Positions 11,788 through 25,407 are shown, counted from the stretch's first letter. The stretch is 64,000 nt of DNA from Octopus bimaculoides (GCF_001194135.2 NC_068981.1:134749906-134813905), one strand, 5' to 3'. Numbers and translations are program-made. Notes: generated by a model not told the origin, from the letters alone.

Positions 11788-12210
11788 GTCATCATCATTT
11801 GATATCTACTTTTTCATGCTTGCAAGAGTCAGATGGAATTTGTTGAAGCAGATTTTTTAGAGCCAGATGCCTTTTCTGTAACCAGCCCTCACCTGTTTCT
11901 GATCAAGCTAATATTTCCCTATGGCTAGATAGGTTTTTTCATGGGGGACTAGAAACAAACAACCTCACTAGTATGATGGTGATACTCATTTACAGCCATC
12001 ATATGATTCTAGCTGAGGGTACACATATACATGCACTCAAATACACATATGACATATACAATATATACAACAGGCTTTCTTTAGTTCCTGTCCAATCAAA
12101 TCTACTCAGAAGGCTTTCATTGGCCCAGAACTATAGCAGAAGACACTTGTCAACATGCCACACAGTGGAACTGAACCTTAGACTACATGGTTTCGAAGTA
12201 AACTTCTTAA
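11788..12210 (-). mobile_element. Family-B' SINE (family-B head, RTE-type tail)
   Basis: Right part reverse-matches the family-B head; left part gtcatcatcatttgatatctactttttcatgct and gatgccttttctgtaaccagcc matches the RTE 3' UTR at 31990-32120. Confidence 0.75.
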
Positions 12211-13435
12211 CCACACAAGGATAAATTAATCCTTAGTTATGTTAGAAGAAACATTCTTAGAACATAGCATTAATTTACTGTATTTTCCTGATTTATACAA
12301 AACTTAGTGTGAACATGAACAAATATGTAAGTGTCTATGTGTTGTGTTTGATTGCATATGTGCATGTATGTGTACAAGAGCATTTGTATGACAGCATATA
12401 TGCATACGTGTATATCTGTATGACTGAATGCATGTATGTACATGTAACATCTGTATGATTGAATGTCTGTGTTGAAAATTTGTCTTAACATTTTATGATT
12501 GTTATTGACTCTTCAATTTTCCTAAAATTTCTTTTCTTTGTTTCATGACCTCAAATCTTAACCACTGTATCAAAAGCATATCCAATTTCTCTTATCCTCT
12601 TTTGTTTCAGACAACCATTTTATAAAGTATCATTGAAGTTTTTCTTTCTTTTATTATACTGACATGTCAATGGCATTTGTTCTTTTATCCAGGAAATATA
12701 AGTTGCTTCTGTTGTTGTTTCAGACTTCATGAAAAATAAGTGGGAAACTGGAAATATTTTACATAAAACACAAAAAATTTCATTTCCATTTTAACACTCA
12801 AGGGGATGCATTTATAAATATAATTTGCATTCCAGTGTTTGCATCTACTTCCACTCAGTCAGATATGTTGCTAGGTGGGGTGCATAAATATAAAAGAAAA
12901 AATCATAGATTAGTAGGTTGGAGTGTAAATAGATAGAAAAGTATGTAGGTAGATAGGTGGATAATAGGTTTGGTGGTCGGGGAGATATGTAGATAGATTA
13001 GGTACCTTGGTAGACAGATGGATTTATATTTAGATATTCAATATTTGTTTTGTAAATATGCCAATTTAAAATAAAATTATATATAACAATAAAAGTATAA
13101 TTCAAAAAATACGTTTTTCTTTCTGCAAGAAGACAAAAGCATTTGTGTGTAATGCACACTTCCTGTAAATAACATGATCAATACATTTATCATCAAACTC
13201 TTTTTTTTTCTTCTCCCTTTTATTTATTTATTTATTTACTTTTTCAAAGAATCAAATGATCAAAAACCAAGGAATATACAACTTATTGAATGTCTGTGTG
13301 AATTTAAAACAATTCTGCTAAATTCTTTAAGCCTGAAGAAGTTGAAATAATATTTTAATTTTTTTTTCTTCCTCATCAAATTTATTTTTTTAGATTTTGT
13401 TTCTATAACCAAAAGGAAGAAAATTTCAAGAAATC

Positions 13436-13469
<34 letters not shown>

Positions 13470-13533
13470 TCCCCCATGTGTGTTTTTAAGTGAATATGTT
13501 ATTCATACTTTGTACATTATTGTTATTTCATAG

Positions 13534-13584
13534 CCATGTCCAACAGAGAAGTGAGCTTTCCACACCAATCCTAGGTGGAAACAG
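13534..13584 (+). CDS. Candidate 51-nt phase 2-2 cassette exon (HVQQRSELSTPILGGN)
   Basis: ttatttcatag acceptor, CAG|gtatag donor, length divisible by 3, only one frame stop-free across the exon; lies in repeat-free pyrimidine-rich sequence. Confidence 0.55.
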
Positions 13585-14639
13585 GTATAGGCTTGGTGCA
13601 TGCATTTCTTCTTTAATCAAATTTTTCTTTTTAAATATCGTTGTTGTTGCTGGTATTGTTGTTGTTGTGGTTGTTGTTATTGTTGTTGCTATCACTTGTG
13701 ATAAATATATATATATATATAAATATATATATGTATATATATATTATAATTTGCTGCTGCTAATTCCAGTTTCCAATCTGTTCTCTCACACTTTTTCTTT
13801 TCATCTAAAAAGAAGGCACATTTGGAAAGCAATCATCAACAGTTTATGCCATTTCCTTCCCAACAACCACCAACAAATTGATTTGAGAAGCCATTAGATG
13901 TGAAAAAAATAGTAAATTAAATAAATAAACTGAGAAATGAAATACAGATTGGATTTTAAAGTCATGTTTATATTTCTTTTCATAATGATTTTATTTTAAT
14001 TTTCATTGTTTTTTATATTTTATATTTATTTTTAGTTTTTAAAAGAAATCAAAACCAAATCACAATCTTTGATTAAAAATTCTTTTTCACTATTTATATT
14101 TTGTTTCTTTCTAATGTATTTTTTTGCTTTATTGTACTTTCTTTTCAAATTTTTTTTTTAAATCTCATCTTTCACACTTGCATAAAATCTTTTTTTATTT
14201 TGTGTTTTTATTTCCTTGTTTTATTTTTATCTTTTCTTTCTATTTAAACTGTTGACAGAAAAGATTTCAGCTTGCTCTCCTGCAGGACTGCAAACATCAC
14301 ATAAAACAAAAACAAACAAAAAAGATCCATAAAAATTTACATTAAAAAAAAGACCAAAAACAAATAAGATGTCCAACTTTTCTTAAAAACATCACTGTTG
14401 CTTCATAAATAACATGTTGACTTTTGACATTCTTGACCTTCTGTTGTTGTTTGGTCAATAACTTCTTGACCTTTGACATGACTAACCCTTTAAGAAAGCC
14501 TGATAAATATCATGTTGACCCTTTTCTTTACATTAGTATTTAAGGATAAGTAATTTATGAAATGCCATAGTAACTTTTGACATTAGCTACTGTTGATCAT
14601 AAATGTTTTATTCATCTGTTTTGTCATTTTCCTTCTCAG

Positions 14640-14723
14640 TCTTTCCAGTATTTATCATCAGTACTATTATGTTAATCATTTCTGTTATTTTGAGAAGATC
14701 CAAACAAATCTGCAGAAACATAG
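14640..14723 (+). CDS. Candidate 84-nt symmetric exon (phase 2 LSSIYHQYYYVNHFCYFEKIQTNLQKH, or phase 1 FPVFIISTIMLIISVILRRSKQICRNI)
   Basis: ttttccttctcag acceptor, TAG|gtgaat donor, 84 nt, two frames open. Confidence 0.45.
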
Positions 14724-15436
14724 GTGAATATTCTAACTGCATTAACAGCCAGACTTTTTTTGTTTTGCTGATAAAGTGTAATAATACCAAAACATGTGCA
14801 GAGTTTTCACAGCACTACTAAAGGTCAGACTCACTCCTTACTGCATTCTATATTTAATTAGTTAAAATATTTTCCATATTTAATTAAAATTTCAGGGCTC
14901 TCTCCTTTGCTTTTTTTTTTTTTTACCAGAATTAATAATTTAGGTAATAATTATTCTCATCAGTAAGGATATCATTTAATCAAAATTTCTTGGTTTATTA
15001 TATAAACTATGCTAGCCCTCACTTAATTCATTATGTTATCTATCAACTTCTTGTCCTGCTTTATTTACAACTGTCAAGCTGTTTACATTGTTCTGATCTA
15101 ATTTTTTAAATGGTATTTTTTTCTGGTCAACTCTTGCACTTTACAATATTCATCCATATCAGGGTTTTGTTCTCTTTCTTGTATACAAGAATATAATAAA
15201 ATCTGTTTGTTATTTGTGTCACATTAACACCATCGTCTGTACCCTCCATACTAATCCATGTCTTCTACATACCCACCTAAAAATTTTACCTCTTTTTCTC
15301 CAAGACATGAGTCTCCTGCCCATTATTCTCAACCCTTCAAATTACCCAGGATTTAATTACCCTTTAAATTCACTTCCTCTCTAAAGAGTGAAATCTTTAC
15401 TTAGATGAATTCTGTCCAACACTTCTCACTTTTAAC

Positions 15437-15848
15437 ATCCATCATCAATTATTGTCCACTTTTCCATGCTTTTATGAGTTATACAGAATTTGTTGAGGCA
15501 GATTTTCATCAGTTGGATGCCCTTCCTGTTGTCAACCCTCATCTGTTTCCAAGCAAGGTAATATTTTCCTATAGCTAGACATGTTTTTCACAGAAGACTG
15601 CAAACAAACAACACTGCTTGTATGATGGAGGTGCTCATTTACAGCCATCATGTAATGTCTAGACAAAGGTACATGCATTTACATATGTGATGGGCTTCTT
15701 TCAGTTTCCATCTACCAAATCCACTCCCAAAGCTTTGGTCAGCCTGGAACTATAGTAGAAGACACTTACCCAAAGTGTCATGTGCTGGAACTGAACCTGA
15801 AATCATGTAGTTGAAAGCAAGCTTCTTAACCTCATAGCCATGCCTGCA
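15437..15848 (-). mobile_element. Family-B' SINE (RTE-type tail)
   Basis: catagccatgcctgca head end; ttggatgcccttcctgttgtcaacc and catcatcaattattgtccactttccatgct are reverse matches to the RTE 3' UTR. Confidence 0.8.
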
Positions 15849-17187
15849 TTTGTGATTTAATAGAATTTATCAATTTGCTTTTGTTGTTAATTAGCCTTGT
15901 TCAACCTTAATTCAGTAGACCAATGATCACAAACATTCTAACCGTGACTGTCCTGTCTTTTTTCCCAATATAGTGTAGTACCCATGAACTACATTATCCC
16001 ATATATCCTCTCTTTAAAACAATAGGGTATAAATTGAAGTGAATTTAGTTGCTATTTCTAGCTGTTCAACTGAATATGAAGGCTCCATTCTTATTTGTGT
16101 GGCTAACTCCGCTGTTGTTTCCTTAATTATATGTCTTCAATTATAGATTTTTTTAACCACTTTGTCATTATATTTTCTTTTATATCAAAATATTGTACCC
16201 CATATATGGCCCGGTCCACACTTTAGAAGTTTGTCTATCTCTAAATTCACACCTATTATTGTAAACATATTTCAGTCTTGACCCTGTTTATGTGGTAGAT
16301 GAGTACTTTCTTTCAGTGTGACACTCCCCACACTCCACTAACCACTAAACCCTAAAAGGAAAAAATAACCCCTTCCTGTCTTGCTATGAAGCTTCATGCA
16401 AGCAAAGGGCACATCCTATAAAATTTAGAAGCAATTCAAAGCCACTGAATTTACCATCTTCTAAACATACATAACTGGTGACATCCTACCTGTAGGAATG
16501 ACTGTTGCTTTTTTTTTTATGTCAAGAGGCTTTCAAATATGACTGAACTGAGGGCTGTCATTCTTTCATCATGGTAGTTGTTGTTTATCCCTAGGACTGC
16601 CCTGATCAAGTAGACTATAATCAAAAGTATTCCACCCATGACCATATCGTGTATTTTAGTTCTTTGACAAATGAATTGCACCCAGTTATAGTAAGTCTTC
16701 ATTTCTGCTACTCTTCAACTTACATAGTTGTTAGTATTAATCAGCAGTCAAACACTACCTTTCCTGTCCTTTTTGTATCAAATTTCACTCTACATATATA
16801 CAACAGATGCTATTTGAGCTATTGGGACTCTAAAGTCTTTTTGCTACCTCATTCTTCCCAATATTTATGTTATCAGTATTCTCCTTCATTACCAAACATT
16901 TTCCAATCCCTTAATGCCACTTACATTATGCTGTTTATAAAAAAAACTTAGATTTAAATGTCAAGATCTGTTTCAGAATGCCTAACTCAGTTATCTTCTT
17001 TAGAAACCAAGATAGTATATCAATATGTAAGTATTATTACTCAAGCTTTACATTTAATTCTTTAAAAATGTCTTGGAAATATCCTCTAGTATTATTGTGA
17101 ACAAATTTAGATTGACTAAATTTATACAGTTTATACTTCTCCAGGATGTTTAACATTCTGCTCAGGAGTGTGTAATAGCATTATTTT

Positions 17188-17230
<43 letters not shown>

Positions 17231-19184
17231 ATAATTAAGGGATCAGCAACAGTTGCTTCACCACATACCGGAGTTCAGAAATAGCAGCTAAAGTGCTAAA
17301 ATTCCAACAGATAGCAATACTTGTAACTCACAAAGGCAATGGTGTTTACATACCGAAGTGCTTGGTAAAAATTATTAATTATTAATTTATTAATAAATTA
17401 ATAATCCTTTACCTTTTTATTTGTTATATATATATATATATATATATATAATTCTATTTTGGAGCAGTAAACTTTCCCACAGCTTTGCTGTTTATTTCTT
17501 GGTTACTTGATTTTCCTTACAGTACATTAACTTGCCACCCAGCTATTCTGACCAATCACAGTGTGCTGACAGTTGGCAATATTTAAGTGTACAAAAATAC
17601 AGCCAGCTGTCACTTGCAACTGAATATGGCTTGGTTATGTGTACTGCATTGAAGGCAATTGTTTTAAGTGCCTATGTAGTCACAAGCAGACATAGATACT
17701 CTCTCATTTCTACACCCTTGATCCAGTAGTACACCCAGGATGTGACAGCTAGAGGAAGAGCGCAACACCAGCAACCAGCTGGTACTCATTTACAGCTAAA
17801 TAAACTGAAGCAATAAGAAAATTATTTTGCTCAAGGACACAATACATCACTTGGTCCAGAAACTGAATTTACAACCTTTAAAGTATAAACCACTTTTATT
17901 TCACAAAGAATAGAACAATCAACAATCCTTACCTTTATCAATATAGACATGCCAATGCAAGAGTCTCCTTAAAGTGTATTGTTAAAAAAAAATAGAAGAA
18001 TTAAAGAATAAAAGAATCTCTCAGACTTAACTTTGCAAGGATATTGTTAGAAAACAATAAACTGCTATACAAGATTCTGACATACCATGCAATAGCCAGA
18101 ATCCCAAATCATTTTAGGTGAACTTTGACAAACCTAGCTGATTGAGTGATTGAACAATTAATCAAACAATTGAGAAGTTAATTGGTTAAATGTTAATGAA
18201 AAGAAGTAAAACTAGACCAGTGCATGTGCTTATTATTAGCATAATGACCCTCCTGTGGTACAATAAAATTTGCTTCAACGTAAGTTCACATCAAGAATCT
18301 TACAAACCAAATAGAAAAATGAAATAAAATTAGTATTTTACTTTTAATATCTTTCAAACATTCCTTTAGTTTGCTTGGATCAGTTTGAATGATTTTCTTA
18401 TTTTGTTTGTTTCTGTCTAATTCAACAACAAAAGAAATAAACTGAAAATGTTTTATAGCAACTATGATGGAAATATCTCATTTTAAGCTCACCAACAAAT
18501 GAATCCGGCATAAGAAATTTCAATTTGTTGAAGAAAGTTAATGAGGGAAAGCAATAAGGGAATACAAAACATATTGTCCAAAATTTTGAATACCACCTGT
18601 ATTAACTGGACTATTAAATGTTATACACTGCTGTTATACACTTCCAATTTTTCTTTGATTGCATGCTTCTTTTCCAGCTTGGCTAAAATTGTTTAACTAA
18701 ACCATCTTCGTATCATCATTAAGGTCTTCTGAGTGGTCTATTTTGATTTCTTGGATGCTGTTTGGCAACTGTCATCTATGAATCTTAATTTTGAATATAA
18801 TTCCTACTAATTCTAGACCTTTGAACCTTTATTGTGAAATAGTATTTATTTTCTGAAAGAAACTTCATACATTCAAGACTGTCAGCAACTATTATATTAC
18901 AAATCCTTTTTAAAAGTCTTATTTTCATTTGGACAATAGAGCAATGACAATAAGACAATAGCCTTAGTACCATTGAATATCTGAGCTATTTAATCTTTCT
19001 TCTTATATGTGACAGTTGAAATACTGACCCTGAAAAAGTTAATGTATATATTCATTTACTTATTGATTTGTAGCATATATGATACTAAATAAGAAATGTA
19101 GTTCCAAAAGAACAAAAAGCTTAGTCTCTAGCAAACCTGCTATTTCTTTGATATAGTGCAAATTTGTGTGTCTAACGCACACGC

Positions 19185-19251
<67 letters not shown>

Positions 19252-19391
19252 CACACAAAGTATGGAGGTTTATTTCACAGGTGATCTAAATGATTAGGTA
19301 CACTAGGTTAGTGCTGTAACGGATTACTAGGGCTCCAAGGTTACAGCCAAGATGGTAGTTATGGAGCCATTGCAGATTTCCAATGCAGCGG

Positions 19392-20009
19392 ATATATAAT
19401 TGTTAAAGAGGACAACAAATGTTAAGGCAAGGTAGACATCTCAAGTCGTATACGTTATTATTATTGGACAAAAGTTCAAAGTCTTACAACTGTTTCTAGG
19501 ATATCTCAGAGTATGGGATATTCCGTCATTGGAAACAAATAAGGAAAATGAGAAGGGTATAGATTAATGAAATGATGACATAGAGGACAGGAGTAAAGGA
19601 ATTAGGAAATGAAGAGAGGGAAGAAAAAGAAAGCGTAAAAGTTCACAGTTCAATTTTCCAATGTTGTAGAAGTGCAATCCTGTGTAGATCCATGTGGGTT
19701 AAAGTCCTGATATTGTAAACATCCAGAAAAAAAGACACGAACATATCAATGTTCAATAACAGAATGTGAACTTTTATGCTTCCTTTTCTTCTCTCTCTTC
19801 ATCTCTTAATTCCTTTACTCCTGTCCTCTATGTAATCATTTCATTAATCTATACCCTTCTCATTTTCCCTTTTTGTCTCTGAAGATGGAATATCACATAC
19901 TCTGGGATATCTCAGAAACAGCTGTAAGACTTAGAATTTTTTTCCAATTATGATAATGTATATGACTTGAGATGTTTACCTTGCCTTAACATTTGTTGTC
20001 CTCTTTAAC

Positions 20010-20018
<9 letters not shown>
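19392..20018. repeat. Inverted repeat of PLE pseudo-LTR type, arms 19392-19647 and 19765-20018, 117-bp spacer
   Basis: Aligned by hand, about 90% identical; both outer ends run into TA repeats; each arm carries a hammerhead motif. Confidence 0.95.
19875..19930 (+). ncRNA. Type I hammerhead ribozyme with canonical core
   Basis: GTCT(19875-78) CTGAAGA(19879-85); stem II TGGAATATC/GATATCTCA; GAAA(19915-18); palindromic ACAGCTGT helix III; GTA cleavage triplet (cut after A19926); AGAC(19927-30). Confidence 0.85.
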
Positions 20019-20044
<26 letters not shown>

Positions 20045-20238
20045 TATATCAGTTTGTCACACTCCGGTAAAGTGCATTAATTCACAAAATGTTTATATAT
20101 TTATCCTAGTGTAACTGGCATTTTCTTTCATACATCTACCTGTATATACAAATGTTCTTTGAACTATTACATTTATTAAATAGTTTTTTCTTATTTATGC
20201 TCTCAAACAGATACATTTATGTTATATGTATGTATATA

Positions 20239-20610
20239 GGTGCAAGAGTGGCTGGATGGTAAGAAGCTTTCTTCCCAACCACACGGTTCTGGGTTCAGTC
20301 CCACTGTGCTTACACAAGTGTCTTCTACTATAGCCTCAAGCCAACCAAAGCCTTGTGAGTGGATTTAGTAGACAGAAACTGAAAGAAGCCCATCATGTAT
20401 TTGTGTGTCTGTGTCCCCCCCCCCACCATCGCTTGACAACCAATGTTGATGTACTTACGTCCCTGTAACTTAGCAGTTCAGCAAAATAGACTGATAGAAT
20501 AAGGACTAAGCTTACAAAGAATAAGTCCTGGGGTCGATTTGTTCAACTAAAGGCGGTGCTCCAGCATGGCTGCAGTCAAATGGCTGAAACAAGTAAAAGA
20601 AAAAAAGAAA
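20239..20610 (+). mobile_element. Family-B SINE, near full length
   Basis: ggtgcaagagtggctggatggtaagaagc head through ggcggtgctccagcatggctgcagtcaaatggctgaaacaagtaaaag tail. Confidence 0.9.
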
Positions 20611-21624
20611 TATATATATATACATATATAATCATTTTAGAATATTAATATCGCTATCTACACTACATTTTGATCAGTTTGCTCTCCAAACATCATCATA
20701 TGTCTTAGTCCTAAATATATTCCTTCTACCTGATTGAATTCACTGGAATGTTTATTTCTAATCTCGGGATAATAACACTCTGATTCACTAATCTGCAGAT
20801 GCATGCATATATCCTGGTATAAGTTACCTGATGATGGTTGGAGATCAAGCCTATCAAAATATTGTATTTATATAAATATTACAAAAATTGTTTCATTTCA
20901 GTGGATGAAGTTAATAGTCCAAAACATTATTTCTTATATTGGAAGCATTACTCAAGTTTGCTATTTTTATTAAGACATTTCCTTAATTGTCCTTTATATT
21001 ATATTTGTAAAAAATTAGGTTCCTAAATAATATGTTAAGTTTCTAGATCTTTTGTATCTTGTGGAAGGAATGATTATTAGTGCCATTTGTTTATTGCCAT
21101 TCTTTTATGGTTAAAATTCCTGAGAATCATATATTATATGGATGATATCATTATTTATGGATTTAAAATATTGTTATTTTTGTTACTTTCAGTACCAACA
21201 AATGACTTTGTTTATAATTTGTTATTTATAACAATTCCATGGCTAATTTTTTCTTTCTTTTGTACAATTCTGCCAAGCTTGGTCTTGTATTCTGCAGTGC
21301 AATATGCTACAATGGCTTAGTATTGTAAATGTATGGTCACTTAGTGACAAAGTTTTGCATTTATATGTCCCTTGCAACAGTTTTAGTCATGGAGTTTACT
21401 ACTTTCGTATTTACATTAGAATGGGTTTATCATCACTGGTTATTTAAAGTATGCTCTGTGACTTGCAGGCTTATGGTTTTATGTTGAAGAGGATGTTTTC
21501 TTTTCATTCTGGTAAATCTGTAATATATTGTTACTTTACAATTAGGTATGAATAATGCAGTTTTATGGGAGCATTTTATAATGTATCTTTTCTATAAATA
21601 AGTACATTTTGGTTCATGTAGTAA

Positions 21625-21663
<39 letters not shown>

Positions 21664-22854
21664 CTTATTTTATTCTACTGGATATTGTATTTTTTATATA
21701 TGTGAAAATGAATTTGTTTCTATAATATTCTATGGCTTAGTCTACTAACATGTTTAAGTATCTGTTTCTAACTAATGTTTGTTTAATTATTTTGATTTCA
21801 TTATGTAAAATGTCTTTTGTGGATGAGAACCTAAAAGCTCTTATCAAGAGGGATTTTGCTCCAGACATTTCACAAATAGACATAAAGTTCCTCTAGTATT
21901 ACACTTACTTTTTCAAACTTAGGACTATTTGCTATGAAATGAAATAATATGAAGAGAAATAATATAAGATCATCTTTACCTTCTTTCTCTTATTTGCTCA
22001 TTTCATTGATGCTCATTGTCTTAGTAAATATTACCTGTATTTGAAGAAATAAGCTTAAAACAAGCTTTGCATCAAAATTATATTCAATCTCAATTTCTGT
22101 AGCTTCATAAATTAGAGAATTACAGTTGCAAAGAATCAAGGATTTGGATTTTCAGATTCTCTCATCTTTATCTAAAATAATCTGTTCATCTCTGTGTTCT
22201 TAACACTGCTGTAGGACATTCCCTATTCACAAAGGTTCTAGTAAAAGTTCTCTAACTATTTAAAATACCTATAAACTGTTCTTAACTAATTTGACTTCTT
22301 TCTTGAACATTCCATTACATTAAAACCTCTTATTAATGTAGGTTTTGTTTTTGTGTTGTTAAATATGTGTCTGAAGGGTAGTGTTCAATGTGGCTTAAAT
22401 TATACTCTAGTTTTCATGCAGATAACTGTTGATATCTGGTGATGGTGAGGAAGGTGATATATATCATTATCATCTTTTTATTGCCAATTTCCCTGTGCTT
22501 GCATTACATAGATTCTCAATGGCCAGATGCCTTTCTTGCTGCCAACTCTCACCTGTTTCCGACTAAGGTGTTATTTCAAATGACCAAATATGTTTTCTTG
22601 GAAGATTGGAAGTGGATACTGCTTGTGTGACAGTAACACTTATTTTGCAACTATCATGCAATATGAAGGTAATGAGTCACACACACACTCACAATGGGCT
22701 TCTTTCAGTTTCTGTCTACCAAATCCACACATTGTTGCAATCAGCTACTAGGCGAAATTCAAGTAGACTGTTATTTTTTGATATGATGAATAAATGTATG
22801 TGTACATAAAACTCTCCAAGAACAATATAATTTAGCAAGATATGTCATTGTTAA

Positions 22855-23121
22855 CCCATTACCTCCCATAATTCTATTAACTGGAATTTTTTTATGAAAC
22901 TTTGATTTCTAGCATAAAACAGCCTTAGAATGATCAAAATAACATTTTAAATAGAAATAAGCGAGATATTAAGGTGAAAAATTAGCAAACCTCATTTGAA
23001 TATCAGAGAAATATACCTAGTAGATATAGCAAAAAGGTTAGATATGTGTAAATATTGGCAGATAATTATGAAATTTGTAATTTTTAAGTGATCTCATATG
23101 AGATCACTGGTAGATAATGGG
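22855..23121. mobile_element. piggyBac-type MITE
   Basis: TTAA on both sides (22851-54, 23122-25); terminal inverted repeats CCCATTACCTCCC / CCCATTATCTACC. Confidence 0.7.
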
Positions 23122-23959
23122 TTAATTTAATAAGGTCAAGGTGTATATATATTACCCAAATATCAAACACATTTCAATTTTTTAAAAAAACTACCTTCCA
23201 GATGAATTAATGAAATATTTATGCTAAATATATTTTGTACACTTATTTAAATACTATTCGTACTTGATAAATACTTTTCTTTCTTAATTACTTTGTTACC
23301 AAAAGGTTTTATGAGAAACTGGCTTTAAATGTTTGAGAAATTAACTCTAGATTTAGTTCTATATTAAAAAGACAATACAAAGTTATTACGTCTTTTCCTT
23401 TTTTATTAGGAAACATAACCTAGATATTTTTTAATGACTTTAGCACATAACTATAATTATGGGAGGTTAACTAAGTACTATCTGCCAAATGGTGTCAATA
23501 TTGTTTTGCAAGACTGTATAATGGGTCAGATCAGATGTTTTTGGCAATGTGATAGCATGATGTACTTGAAGCAGTCGGTGAGAAATAGTAGTTTGTTTGC
23601 CATCAAACCTACTCTATTTTAAAATTTACTAGTTATTTACATATCAACTCATTTAATACACATGTGTTTTACTTCTACTGACATAATAAAATGTAAATCA
23701 TGCACTTAAAGCTGCTGATGTATAGATATTTTTTTTTTTTTTATCATTGCATTTTAAAGAAATTATAAAATTTCTGTAGCCTACAGGAGAAAAAAAAATT
23801 AACTTCTTTTATTCTAGATTTTATCAAATAAAAACAGGAAGCTGAAGATCACTTCACTAAATTTAATTATGCTACCCAATGCGAATGTTTACAAATATTG
23901 GTTCATTCACAGTTTCAATGGAAATTACTGATTACATAATAATAATGATAATCAGACAA

Positions 23960-24330
23960 AATACTTGGCAGCATTTCTTTTGGCTTTTAATGCTCTGAGT
24001 TCAAATTTCACTGAGGTTAACTTTGTCTTTCATCCCTCCATGGCTGGTGTAATCAACTACCTTCTCTCCCTAAAATTGCTGGCCTCGGGTTGAAATTTGT
24101 AAGAATTATTCTTTAGGCAGTGAACTGGCAAAATTATTAACACATGAGACAAAATGCTTAGCTGCATTTCTTCTGGTGGTTTGCATTTTGAGTTCAAATA
24201 CTGCTGAGCTCAACTTTGCCTTTTTGGAATTGATAAAATATAGTACCAGTCTAGTACTGAGGCCAGTGTAATCAATCCTCTTGTTCCTTCCCCTCAAAAT
24301 TACTGGACTTGTGACAAAATCAGAAAGAAC

Positions 24331-24384
<54 letters not shown>

Positions 24385-25407
24385 GGTGGCGAGCTGGCAG
24401 AATCATTAGCACACTGGACGAAATGCTTAGCCACATTTCACCTGTTGCTATGTTCTGAGTTCAAATCCGCCACGGTCAACTTTGCCTTTCACCCTTTCAG
24501 GGTCAATAAATTAAGTACCAGTTGAGTACTGGGGTCGATGTAATAATAATAATAATAATTATTATTATTATTATTTTAAGGTGGCAAGCTGGCAAAATCG
24601 TTAGCATGCTGGACAAAATGCTTAGCAGTATTTCACTCGTCACTACATTCCAAGTTCAAATTCCGCTGAGGTTAACTTTGCCTTTCATCCTTTTGGGGTT
24701 GATAAATTAAACACCAGTTGATTACTGGGGTCAATGTAATCAAGTTATCCCCTCCCCTGAAATTGCTGGCCTTGTGCCAAAATTTGAAATCATTATTATT
24801 ATTACTGAGTGAAAGAGCAGTGCATGCCATGAAAGTGACACTGGGGTAAAATATACGAAGCCCAGTATATCCATCATGTAATTGACTGTCCCCCTCCCCA
24901 CAAAATCCAGGCCATGTGCCTATAGTAGAAAGGATTATTATTATTTTAAGGTGGTGGGCTGACAGAATCAGCATTCTGGACAAAATGCTCAGTGGTATTT
25001 TCCCCATCGCTACATTCTGAGTTCAAATTCCACTGAGGTCAATTTTGCTTTTCATCCTTTCGGGGGCGATAAATTAAGTACCAGTGAAACACTGGGGTTG
25101 ATGTAACCAACTAGTCCCCTTCCAGAAAATTTCATGCCTTGTGCCTTTAGTAGAAAGGATTATTATTATTATTACTGTTATGACTACTACTACTACTACT
25201 ACAAGGCGGCAAGCTGGTAGAATCATTAGTTTGCTGGACAAAATATTTAACAGCATTTCTGCCAGTTTTATGGTTTGAGTTCAAATTTCACTGAGGTTGA
25301 CTTTGCTGTTCATCTTTTTGAGGTTGATAAAACAAATCCCATTTGAACACTAATAACCCTCTCCCTCAACATCTCTGGTCTTATTGCTATTGTAATTATT
25401 ATTTTAC

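Noticed and set aside
20824-20870. CTGATGATGG...CC hammerhead-like start
   Set aside because: No GAAA at the right place and no stem I partner; at most a dead remnant.
21087-21320. ORF containing IIYYMDDIIIY, like a retroviral RT YMDD motif
   Set aside because: No other RT motifs at the expected spacing; low-complexity AT-rich context makes chance likely.
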